Source of the DNA: Macrostomum lignano
Taxonomy: Eukaryota
NCBI GenBank assembly: GCA_002269645.1
Contig: NIVC01001892.1
Span: 1 to 64,000 of the forward strand
Length of the DNA: 64,000 nt
Reading direction: 5' to 3'
Positions within the stretch are counted from its first letter, which is position 1; each line of letters opens with the position of its first letter. The position numbers were made by a program, and so were the translations under genes. Under the pieces are notes generated by a model. That model made no database searches and had not been told where the DNA came from. It was given only the letters and a program-made list of their open reading frames with translations. This document shows, in pieces, positions 14,630-25,141 of the stretch.

Positions 14630-14856
14630 CTAAGACAGACAGTCACTAAGACAGACAGACAGACAGACAGACACTAAGACAGACAGACAGACACTAAGAC
14701 AGACAGACACTAAGACGGACAGACAGACACTAAGACAGACAGACACTAAGACAGACAGACAGACAGACAGACACTAAGACAGACAGACACTAAGACAGAC
14801 AGTCACTAAGACAGACAGACAGACAGACAGACAGACACTAAGACAGAGAGACACCA

Positions 14857-14925
<69 letters not shown>

Positions 14926-15092
14926 CTAAGACAGACAGACACTAAGACAGACAGACACTAAGACAGACAGACACACAGACAGACAGACACTAAGACAGAC
15001 AGACACACAGACAGACAGACACTAAGACAGACAGACAGACACTAAGACAGACAGACAGACAGACACACAGACAGACAGACACTAAGACAGAC
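14465..15092. repeat. (GACA)n microsatellite interspersed with gacactaa, intron 2
   Basis: Direct reading. Confidence 0.95.
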
Positions 15093-15139
15093 TGCAATAT
15101 CAGCAGCCAAATGAGCTCCTAATCTCCCCACTCGGACAG

Positions 15140-15661
15140 GTGGAGCTGCTCTCCTCCAACCTGCCATCATCGGTTTCACGCCAGGCCGTCGCCCGCTCCG
15201 CTGAGATCGCCCGCCGCTGCGTCGAGCCGCCGAGCTACCGTGGCAAGGACAAGAAGCTTCGCCAGCAGGCGGCGGCCTGGAAGCCCTCGCCCTGCCTGCT
15301 GCCCGTTGCCGAATTCGCTTTCAGCTTCCTGCGCAGCTGCGCCACCCAGCGGTGCCCCGTCTGCGACAAGCCGGCTTTGGCGACTGCGGCCGCGGCGACG
15401 GCGACGGCGTCTTCGGTCGAGGACCCCGCCGACCAGCTGGAGTTCGTGGCCTGCGGCCATTTGTATCACGCCGGCTGTCTGAAGGCCTACATGACTTCGC
15501 CACCGTACAGCCCGGATGGCAAGCCGTGCCGGCATGCTGGCTGCGGGCAGCCGGTCTGTCACGAGCGCTTCCGCACCTCCGCCAAGGTGCTGGAGTCCCG
15601 CTGGGCCGCCCAGCAGGCCAAGGAGCGGGAGCTGGCCGAGGTGGCAGACTTCTTCAACTGA
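15140..15661 (+). CDS. Tandem-RWD + RING-H2 protein, exon 3 (RING, putative E3 ligase)
   Basis: Acceptor ggacAG at 15138-39, phase 0. Pattern C-x2-C-x29-C-x-H-x2-H-x2-C-x16-C-x4-C. Stop TGA. Spliced product 343 aa. Confidence 0.82.
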   Translation: MELLSSNLPSSVSRQAVARSAEIARRCVEPPSYRGKDKKLRQQAAAWKPSPCLLPVAEFAFSFLRSCATQRCPVCDKPALATAAAATATASSVEDPADQLEFVACGHLYHAGCLKAYMTSPPYSPDGKPCRHAGCGQPVCHERFRTSAKVLESRWAAQQAKERELAEVADFFN

Positions 15662-15684
15662 GTGGGGTTCGGGTTTAAACCCGA

Positions 15685-16205
15685 TCTTGGGATTCCGTGT
15701 GGGATATTGGGATTTAGTGCGGGGATCTTGGCATTTAGTGAAGGAGATTTTAGGATTTAGTGTCGGAATATTGGGATTTAGTGAAGGGGATCTTGGGATT
15801 TAGTGTGGGAATATTGGGATTTAGTGAAGGAGATTTTAGGATTTAGTGTCGGAATATTGGGATTTAGTGTGGGAATATTGGCATTTAGTGTGGGAATATT
15901 GGCATTTAGTGAAGTGGATCTTGGGATTTAGTGAGGGGATCTTGGGATTTAGTGAGGAGATCTTGGCATTTAGTGAAGTGGATCTTGGGATTTAGTGAGG
16001 GGATCTTAGGATTTAGTGAGGGGGTCTTGGGATTTAATGAGGGGATCTTGGTATTTAGTGAAGTGGATCTTGGGATTTAGTGAGGGGATCTTGGGATTTA
16101 GTGAGGGGATCTTGGGATTTAGTGAGGGGATCTTGGGATTTAGTGAGGGGATCTTGGGATTTAGTGAGGGGGATTTTGGAATGTGGCGAGGAGATCTAAG
16201 GATTT
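15685..16205. repeat. Degenerate 21-bp minisatellite (ttgggatttagtgaggggatc) just 3' of the RING gene
   Basis: Same core as the 13376-13905 array. Confidence 0.9.
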
Positions 16206-16837
16206 AGCTTGATAATTTCAGGATCTTAGACTCTAATCTAGAGATCGTGGGGGTTTTACATGCTACTGAGAAGTAGAGATTGTAACTACAAATGCGGTAT
16301 GTTCTTATTAAGTCTATTATTCCCGCATAATTGTATCCGGGGCTTAGAGAATTAAACTCAGGTGACCCTTCACGTCATCAAATATGGAATTGAGCAGGTG
16401 GAGTTGAGCCGGACAATGCCGTGCACTGTGTGAGGCTTCGGAGATTTTTCTGCTCCCGTGCATATGAACCGCCTTTCTATATTACACCCAGTTATATGAG
16501 TACCCGTTCGTTCCTTTGGCATCGCCGGGCTCCCGGCTAAAAGTGCAGGTGTACCTGTGCTCATTAAGGCATCCGTTTTCGTGCATGTGTTGGGAAGCCT
16601 CTCTGTTATTCGAGCCTAATTTTGACTAGTTAATGTATTTATATTTGTGTTCCACTTATTATTGTCTAATTGCTTGACTTAATATAATATTTACTGTCAG
16701 TGACTTCTAACAGCTATTTACCGCTTCAGAGTTACAGATTTCACTCGTGTTAAGTTTGCATTCAGTTTTTTTTATTTGCAACATTTGTTTTATTCTCAGT
16801 GCAAGTCCCTTTAGACACTGGAGGATAGTAGTCCCCT

Positions 16838-17812
16838 TCCTATCCTCACTGATCCCCATTCTATCCTCACTGATCCCCATTCTATCCTCACTGATCCCCA
16901 TTCTATCCTCACTGATCCCCATTCTATCCTCACTGATCCCCTATTCTATCCTCACTGATCCCCTATTCTATCCTCACTGATCCACGTTCTATCCTCACTG
17001 ATCCCCATTCTATCCTCACTGATCCCCATTCTATCCTCACTGATCCCCATTCTATCCTCACTGATCCCCATTCTATCCTCACTGATCCCCATTCTATCCT
17101 CACTGATCCCCTATTCTATCCTCACTGATCCACGTTCTATCCTCACTGATCCCCATTCTATCCTCACTGATCCCCATTCTATCCTCACTGATCCCCATTC
17201 TATCCTCACTGATCCCCATTCTATCCTCACTGATCCCCATTCTATCCTCACTGATCACCATTCTATCCTCACTGATCCCCATTCTATCCTCACTGATCAC
17301 CATTCTATCCTCACTGATCCCCATTCTATCCTCACTGATCCACGTTCTATCCTCACTGATCCCCATTCTATCCTCACTGATCCCTATTCTATCCTCACTG
17401 ATCCCCATTCTATCCTCACTGATCCCCATTCTATCCTCACTGATCCCCATTCTATCCTCACTGATCCCCTATTCTATCCTCACTGATCCACGTTCTATCC
17501 TCACTGATCCCCATTCTATCCTCACTGATCCCCATTCTATCCTCACTGATCCCCATTCTATCCTCACTGATCCCCATTCTATCCTCACTGATCCCCATTC
17601 TATCCTCACTGATCACCATTCTATCCTCACTGATCCCCATTCTATCCTCACTGATCACCATTCTATCCTCACTGATCCCCATTCTATCCTCACTGATCCA
17701 CGTTCTATCCTCACTGATCCCCATTCTATCCTCACTGATCCCTATTCTATCCTCACTCATCCCCATTCTATCCTCACTGATCCCCATTCTATCCTCACTG
17801 ATCCCTATTCTA
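16838..17812. repeat. 21-bp minisatellite (ctatcctcactgatccccatt)
   Basis: About 45 copies with recurrent cacgtt, caccatt and ccctatt variants. Confidence 0.95.
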
Positions 17813-17939
17813 TATGTAGTCCGAGGATCAGAATTTGGGCTGTACCGTCCCTGATCCCCTCAATGTACCCTTCACAAGTTATGCCCACCTACTCAAAAAA
17901 CCAAATTCGGACTCAAAGCTTCCTCAAAATTGTCTTCAG

Positions 17940-20900
17940 GCGGCCAGCTTCCCCTGCACTCAGGTGCTGTGCACGCAGCAGTTCGACGCCTGCGCCGACT
18001 CTGACAATGACGACAACAATGTCTCCGCTGACGGCCGAGGCCAGCCTCTGGCCCAGCTGGTGCTGATGGGGCCGGCGGGCGGGGCCCAGCATCCGCTGTA
18101 CACCGGCGAGAACACGGTCGGCCGCATGGACTCCTGCGATGTCCGTATCGAAGACCCCTCGGTGTCCGGCCGGCACGCCTGTCTGGAGCTCGGCCGCGGC
18201 CAGCAGCTGGTGTACGACCTGCACTCCACCAACCGGAGCAGGAAGAACGACATGCCGCTGAAGCCGGAGATTCGCTACGACCTTCGAGATGGCGACCAGC
18301 TGAGGTTCGGCTTCGTCATGTGCCGCTTCGAACTGCTGAAGCCGCCGGCCAAACCTTCCAAGCCTTCAAAGTCGCCGCAGCCGCAGTCGCCGAGACTCCT
18401 GGCTGAGGACGCTGACGGCGGCGGAGACGAGACGCGCGAGGCGCTGCTGCTGGAGCAGAGCCAGTTCTTCGTGCCGACAACGCCGCCGCCGGCAGGCGAG
18501 GACGACGACAACCAGGAGACGGATATCGAGGAGGATGCTGGGACTTCCACCGCTGCAGCTGCTGATGGCCGGCCCCCTGCTGCCACGGTGCTGCTGGCTG
18601 AAGACAGTCACAACAGCAACGTCGTGCAAGATGATGAGCCTCCAGCGCATCAGCAGTGTGCCGCTGCTGCTGCTGCGGTTGTAGTCCCGGACTCGATTCT
18701 GCTCATGCAGTCCACGGAGCGCCTGCACGAAGACGATGCGGACGTTCAGGGCGCGTCCATTGCGGCTACGGAGCCGCTGCCAGCCGCCACGGCAGCTGTG
18801 GTCGACAGCAGCAGCACGTCTTTGATCGCCGCTGCCACTGACACGCTGCCGGTGCAGACAAGCCGTGACGTCTCCTTGGCGGTGCCCACTGAGGCCATCA
18901 AGGAAACTGCGCCTCTGCCCGACTCCAGCGCTCTTGACGAGACTTTGCCGTTGACGACCGCCTCTCCCGCTGATGCCGTCGCCGTCACCACTGCCACGGC
19001 CGTGCGCGCTGCCACGGGCGCTTTCCGTCTGTTCGGCGACGTCCCCAACGGCAACGCCAGCACCGTGCCTAAAAATTCCTTCGCTGGCGATTCCGCTCTG
19101 TTCTCAGCCGAGACCCAGCGGCTGGACTGGGCCGCTCCGGCCGCATCGGCTGCGGCTGCGACCGCGGCGGCGGCGGAGGACGTCGGGGATGACGACGAAA
19201 ACGACGCGGCGCTGTTCGGCATGGAGACGCAGGCCCTGCCGTCTGGGTCTGCGGTCACGCCACCGGCGGCTGCGGCGACTGAGGCTGACAAAGCCAAGCA
19301 GCTGGCCGAATTTGATGAAGCTGATGTTGTCGCGGAGACGCCTTGCAAGGCGGCAGAGAGCGAAGATCCGCAGCTTCTGAGCCAGGCTACTCAAGCGGCT
19401 GTGAGCGACCAGCCGCCATCGGACTCACTATCGCTGCCCATCGACCGCGGGCTGGTCGGCGCCGTTCGGCGACCTCGGATCGATTCGTCGCCGTCCTCGT
19501 CGTCTCCGTCCAGTCCGGAATCGGCGGCGGTGGCTCCGGCTGTGTCGGGGTCTGCAGCTTCTGGCAGCAGCGGTGCCGATCGCGGCGGTTGGCTTAGCAA
19601 AGCCCATCTCGCTTTGCCGTTGACTGCCAAACCTGCAGCGGCCAGTCGGGGCGGTCCCGGCGGTGGCAGGGGCCGCGGCAGGGGCAGAGGCGCCCGGCAA
19701 TCTGTCACAACCGGAAGTGACAATGCGGAGCCGGAAGTAGCCGGAAGTGACGCAGTCCGCGGCGGTAGAGGGAGAGGCACCAGGCAATCTGTTCCAACTA
19801 CAAAGGACAGTCCAGAGCCGGAAGTAGCCCGAAGTGACGCAGTCCGCGGCGGTAGAGGCAGAGGGAGAGGAAGAGGGAGAGGCGCCAGGCAATCTGTCAC
19901 AACCGGAAGTGATAATGCGGAGCCGGAAGTAGCCGGAAGTGACGCAGTTCGCGGCGGTAGAGGCAGAGGGAGAGGAAGAGGGAGAGGTGCCAGGCAATCT
20001 GTTGCAACCAGAGAGGACAGTCCAAAGCCGGAAGTGGCCGGAAGCGACAGAGGCAAAATAAGTCAGCAGGCTGGTCAAACTGGATGTGCAAGTACGAAAC
20101 CGGAAGTGGCCGGAAGCGACGCAGTCCGTGACGGCAGTGGAAGACCTGCTAAGCGATCCCGAGCTGCCTCTTCTCTCCCCGATGCCGGCAGCTGCTCAGC
20201 CGATGCAGCTGGCGGTGAAGCTGTAGGCCCAGGGTCTCCCGCTCAGGCAAAGTCCATCAAACTGACGACTGACCCGGCACCAGGCGACAGCGCCTCGCCG
20301 GCTTCAATCTCTGCCAGGAGGAGCGCGCGCGGGAGTCCCAGCCCTTCTCCAGGCAGACCGACTCGAGCCTCTGCGTCGCCTTGCAATGCTTTGGCAGGCG
20401 CTGGTCCCTGCGGCTCTCCTGCAGCAACAAAGACTGCTAGCTCAGATGTAGGAGAAATACAGGCTGACAGGCTATCCATGAGTCAAACAAAGACTAGCAG
20501 CGCAGCCAGTGAGAAAGGCGAGTCTCAAGTGTCCGAAGCGTCCGAATCGCAAACTTCAGAAGCTGGCGTAACGAAACGGGCCCGCGGCAGGCCAGCCAGG
20601 GGCCGGACGACAAAGACTGCTGATTTAGACGAGCCATCCGACGCGTCGACTTCAACAAGCCAAGCCGCTGCGACCACCGTGCCTAAGAAATCTCGAGGTA
20701 GGGTGACAAAGAGTCAAACAAAGACCGGTGCTAGTGCGGAAGCTGGTCCTGCGGAGGATTCAGCGAAGCAGGAACCAGAATCCACCTTTCGCGGTAGGGG
20801 CAGAGCGACAAAGAGTCAAACAAAGACGGAGGCTACAGAGGCCAAACCTGCAGAGAACTCGGTGAACCAAGAATCGGAATCGGTTGTTTCTAAGAAATCT

Positions 20901-21797
20901 CGCGGTAGGGGCAGAGTGACAAAGAGTCAAACAAAGACTAGCGCTCCTGCCGAGGAACCATCTATTGACGGAGCGGCCAGCCAGTCCGCCTCTGAGAGGT
21001 CGTCGACGACTTCCCGCGGCAGGCGAGGTCGCCAAACAAAGACTGCTTCCGTGGACGACGACGACGACGGTGCTTCGTCCACGCGCGGCAGCGAAGTCGG
21101 GAGCGCGTCAAACAGACGGTCACGGAAGCGCGCGACGAGTGTCGGCGACGAGGCCGAAGCCGACGAGCCGGCAAGGAAGCGGTCGACCTCGAGGAAGGCC
21201 GCCGCCGCCGCCGCCGATGCAGCGGACAGCGTTGCGGTGATGTTCACCGGCGTCGACGAGGCGACTCTGGCGCCGATTGTCCGGCGCCTCGGCGGCCGGG
21301 TGACCGAGGTGCCGTCAGAGGCGACGCACCTGGTGACAGACCGGGTACGGCGCACCGTAAAGCTGCTCTGCTGCGTGGCCCGCGGCGTCCCCGTCGTCAG
21401 CGTCGACTGGCTGACGGACAGCCGCTCGGCCGGCCGCTTTCTCGACTCCGCCGCCGGCTACCCGGTGGCCGGGGAGGCCGACTTCGGCGTCAACCTGACA
21501 CAAGTCTGCGAGCGGGCGCGCCGCGGCCAGCAGCTGCTGTCCGGCCAGACCGTGGCCGCCACGCCGTCCGTCCGGCCGGACCCGGCCAGTCTCGCCCAGA
21601 TCGTCGCCAGCGCCGGCGGTCGCTTCGTCGGAGTCGGTGCGGCGGCATTCAAAGCCTGCAGCCTCGTGTTCACCTGCGAGGCCGACGCCAAGGCGCTGGC
21701 GCGACTGCCGGCCGGGGTGACGGCGCTGCAGGTCGAAGCGCTGCTGTCGGGCGTGCTGAAGGGCCGCCTGGACACCGAGGCCTTCCGCATGCGATGA
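17940..21797 (+). CDS. MDC1: Mediator of DNA damage checkpoint protein 1, one large exon (start codon upstream, not located)
   Basis: Acceptor tgtcttcAG at 17938-39. N-terminal FHA (LYTGENTVGRMDSCDV...SVSGRHA...LRDGDQLRFG). C-terminal tandem BRCT (VMFTG...ATHLVTDRVRRTVKLLC...VSVDWL...LLSGVLK) closely matching recalled MDC1 motifs. S/TQ-rich disordered middle. Confidence 0.9.
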   Translation, partial: AASFPCTQVLCTQQFDACADSDNDDNNVSADGRGQPLAQLVLMGPAGGAQHPLYTGENTVGRMDSCDVRIEDPSVSGRHACLELGRGQQLVYDLHSTNRSRKNDMPLKPEIRYDLRDGDQLRFGFVMCRFELLKPPAKPSKPSKSPQPQSPRLLAEDADGGGDETREALLLEQSQFFVPTTPPPAGEDDDNQETDIEEDAGTSTAAAADGRPPAATVLLAEDSHNSNVVQDDEPPAHQQCAAAAAAVVVPDSILLMQSTERLHEDDADVQGASIAATEPLPAATAAVVDSSSTSLIAAATDTLPVQTSRDVSLAVPTEAIKETAPLPDSSALDETLPLTTASPADAVAVTTATAVRAATGAFRLFGDVPNGNASTVPKNSFAGDSALFSAETQRLDWAAPAASAAAATAAAAEDVGDDDENDAALFGMETQALPSGSAVTPPAAAATEADKAKQLAEFDEADVVAETPCKAAESEDPQLLSQATQAAVSDQPPSDSLSLPIDRGLVGAVRRPRIDSSPSSSSPSSPESAAVAPAVSGSAASGSSGADRGGWLSKAHLALPLTAKPAAASRGGPGGGRGRGRGRGARQSVTTGSDNAEPEVAGSDAVRGGRGRGTRQSVPTTKDSPEPEVARSDAVRGGRGRGRGRGRGARQSVTTGSDNAEPEVAGSDAVRGGRGRGRGRGRGARQSVATREDSPKPEVAGSDRGKISQQAGQTGCASTKPEVAGSDAVRDGSGRPAKRSRAASSLPDAGSCSADAAGGEAVGPGSPAQAKSIKLTTDPAPGDSASPASISARRSARGSPSPSPGRPTRASASPCNALAGAGPCGSPAATKTASSDVGEIQADRLSMSQTKTSSAASEKGESQVSEASESQTSEAGVTKRARGRPARGRTTKTADLDEPSDASTSTSQAAATTVPKKSRGRVTKSQTKTGASAEAGPAEDSAKQEPESTFRGRGRATKSQTKTEATEAKPAENSVNQESESVVSKKSRGRGRVTKSQTKTSAPAEEPSIDGAASQSASERSSTTSRGRRGRQTKTASVDDDDDGASSTRGSEVGSASNRRSRKRATSVGDEAEADEPARKRSTSRKAAAAAADAADSVAVMFTGVDEATLAPIVRRLGGRVTEVPSEATHLVTDRVRRTVKLLCCVARGVPVVSVDWLTDSRSAGRFLDSAAGYPVAGEADFGVNLTQVCERARRGQQLLSGQTVAATPSVRPDPASLAQIVASAGGRFVGVGAAAFKACSLVFTCEADAKALARLPAGVTALQVEALLSGVLKGRLDTEAFRMR

Positions 21798-21804
21798 CGG
21801 GGTT

Positions 21805-23432
21805 GGTTGATAGACTGGGAGAATTGATTGATAGACTGGGAGAATTGACTGATAAACTGGGAGAATTGATTGATAGACTGGGAGAATTGACTGATAAACT
21901 GGGAGAATTGACTGATAAACTGGGAAAATTGACTGATAGACTGGGAGAATTGACTGATAGACTGGGAGAATTGACTGATAGACTGGGAGAATTGATTGAT
22001 AGACTGGGAGAATTGACTGATAAACTGGGAGAATTGATTGATAGACTGGGAGAATCGATTGATAGACTGGGAGAATTGACTGATAAACTGGGAGAATTGA
22101 CTGATAAACTGGGAGAATTGACTGATAAACTGGGAGAATTGATTGATAGACTGGGAGAATCGACTGATAGACTGGGATAATTGACTGATAAACTGGGAGA
22201 ATTGATTGATAAACTGGGAGAATTGACTGATAGACTGGGAGAATTGATTGATAAACTGGGAGAATTGACTGATAGACTGGGAGAATTGACTGATAAACTG
22301 GGAGAATCGATTGATAGACTGGGAGAATTGACTGATAAACTGGGAGAATTGACTGATAAACTGGGAGAATTGACTGATAAACTGGGAGAATTGATTGATA
22401 AACTGGGAGAATTGACTGATAGACTGGGAGAATTGACTGATAGACTGGGAGAATTGACTGATAAACTGGGAGAATTGACTGATAAACTGGGAGAATTGAC
22501 TGATAAACTGGGAGAATTGACTGATAGACTGGGAGAATTGACTGATAGACTGGGAGAATTGATTGATAGACTGGGAGAATCGATTGATAGACTGGGAGAA
22601 TTGACTGATAAACTGGGAGAATTGACTGATAAACTGGGAGAATTGATTGATAGACTAGGAGAATCGACTGATAGACTGGGAGAATTGACTGATAAACTGG
22701 GAGAATTGACTGATAAACTGGGAGAATTGACTGATAGACTGGGAGAATTGACTGATAAACTGGGAGAATTGATTGATAAACTGGGAGAATTGACTGATAA
22801 ACTGGGAGAATTGACTGATAAACTGGGAGAATTGACTGATAAACTGGGAGAATTGACTGATAAACTGGGAGAATCGATTGATAGACTGGGAGAATTGACT
22901 GATAAACTGGGAGAATTGACTGATAAACTGGGAGAATTGATTGATAGACTAGGAGAATCGACTGATAGACTGGGAGAATTGACTGATAAACTGGGAGAAT
23001 TGATTGATAGACTGGGAGAATCGATTGATAGACTGGGAGAATTGACTGATAAACTGGGAGAATTGACTGATAAACTGGGAGAATTGACTGATAAACTGGG
23101 AGAATTGATTGATAGACTGGGAGAATCGACTGATAGACTGGGAGAATTGACTGATAAACTGGGAGAATTGACTGATAAACTGGGAGAATTGACTGATAAA
23201 CTGGGAGAATTGACTGATAGACTGGGAGAATTGACTGATAAACTGGGAGAATCGATTGATAGACTGGGAGAATTGACTGATAAACTGGGAGAATTGACTG
23301 ATAAACTGGGAGAATTGACTGATAAACTGGGAGAATTGACTGATAAACTGGGAGAATTGACTGATAAACTGGGAGAATTGACTAATAAACTGGGAGAATT
23401 GACTGATAAACTAGGAGAATTGACTGATAAAC
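21805..23432. repeat. 21-bp minisatellite (gggagaattgactgataaact) immediately 3' of the MDC1 stop
   Basis: About 77 copies. Source of the spurious LGELTDK ORFs. Confidence 0.95.
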
Positions 23433-24076
23433 TTTTTTTCGGCTAAGCGCATTTTGTCTTCATTTGTTCATTCTAGCAACTCTCTTTATTCCCACAAAAA
23501 ATTATTTTTGTACTGCTGCATTTTATATTAATTATTTTGCTTGAGCTCCTGTGCTCGGTTGATCACCTAAGCATGCTAATGTATCAGCTTATATAATAAA
23601 TTATTTATGGCTCATTAATTATCCCGATAGATGCCGCAGGAGCCTGCGCTGCATCTCAGGCATAAATTGTCCCCCGCTGTTATTTGGCTTGCTTCTTCCT
23701 GTGTTGCTTTTTTGCGCAGGGGAGCTGCATGTACATTTAACTGTCGAATGCCAGACGGTATGTATCGAAAATCAATTTTTATTAGTAAATATTTGGCACT
23801 AATTAAACCCGTTTATTAAAGTTTAAAGAATTCTTTATTTTTAAAGGCTCAGGTCACCAAAAAATGGATTCAATCGATCTAAAAAGCCTTTTGTTCATTC
23901 AAAGTTGAATGACTTGCAGGGAGTCGCATTTTAATGAATTGAAATTTGTCTATCAAAATTCTAATTGTTTCCACTTCAATCAATTTCAAGTCTCAGAGCA
24001 ACTGGATAATTTGCTAGATTAACTTGAGTTGAATGCTTGGTTCTAGTCTCAGCGGCTACTTGGCTAAGGCAATCAT

Positions 24077-25050
24077 GCATCTCAATCCCTACATGTACTT
24101 TGATCCCTGCATCTCAATCCCTACATGTACTTTGATCCCTGCATCTCAATCCCTACATGTACTTTGATCCCTGCATCTCAATCCCTACATGTACTTTGAT
24201 CCCTGCATCTCAATCCCTACATGTACTTTGATCCCTACATCTCAATCCCTACATGTACTTTGATCCCTGCATCTCAATCCCTACATGTACTTTGATCCTT
24301 GCATCTCAATCCCTACATGTACTTTGATCCCTGCATCTCAATCCCTACATGTACTTTGATCCCTGCATCTCAATCCCTACATGTACTTTGATCCCTGCAT
24401 CTCAATCCCTACATGTACTTTGATCCCTACATCTCAATCCCTACATGTACTTTGATCCCTACATCTCAATCCCTACATGTACTTTGATCCCTGCATCTCA
24501 ATCCCTACATGTACTTTGATCCCTACATCTCAATCCCTACATGTACTTTGATCCCTGCATCTCAATCCCTACATGTACTTTGATCCCTGCATCTCAATCC
24601 CTACATGTACTTTGATCCCTGCATCTCAATCCCTACATGTACTTTGATCCCTGCATCTCAATCCCTACATGTACTTTGATCCCTGCATCTCAATCCCTAC
24701 ATGTACTTTGATCCCTGCATCTCAATCCCTACATGTACTTTGATCCCTGCATCTTTATCCCTACATGTACTTTGATCCCTACATCTCAATCCCTACATGT
24801 ACTTTGATCCCTACATCTCAATCCCTACATGTACTTTGATCCCTGCATCTCAATCCCTACATGTACTTTGATCCCTGCATCTCAATCCCTACATGTACTT
24901 TGATCCCTGCATCTCAATCCCTACATGTACTTTGATCCCTGCATCTCAATCCCTACATGTACTTTGATCCCTGCATCTCAATCCCTACATGTACTTTGAT
25001 CCTTGCATCTCAATCCCTACATGTACTTTGATCCCTGCATCTCAATCCCT
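24077..25050. repeat. 32-bp minisatellite, left part (interrupted by the LINE)
   Basis: Unit gcatctcaatccctacatgtactttgatccct, about 30 copies. Confidence 0.96.
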
Positions 25051-25141
25051 TACTTACTTACTTACTACTGACGGGGGGCGCAGGCGCCGCGAATAGGCCG
25101 CGAGGCCCCTATCGCAACCCCAAGGTAAAAGAGCACAAGGA

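Noticed and set aside
17835-17939. TTG start of the 1320-aa ORF as the MDC1 start
   Set aside because: This stretch adjoins the 21-bp array and ends in a good acceptor, so it is probably intronic.
19725-20125. Repeated CCGGAAGTGACGCA (ETS-CRE composite promoter motif)
   Set aside because: Falls within MDC1 coding repeats (PEVAGSDA) and is explained by codons.
21794-23446. Perfect leucine-heptad ORFs (LGELTDK)n starting at an ATG overlapping the MDC1 stop
   Set aside because: Looks like a coiled coil, but it is a 21-bp array. Its recurrent variants are mostly non-synonymous (T/I, K/R, L/S) and one is a stop, so there is no sign of protein-level selection.
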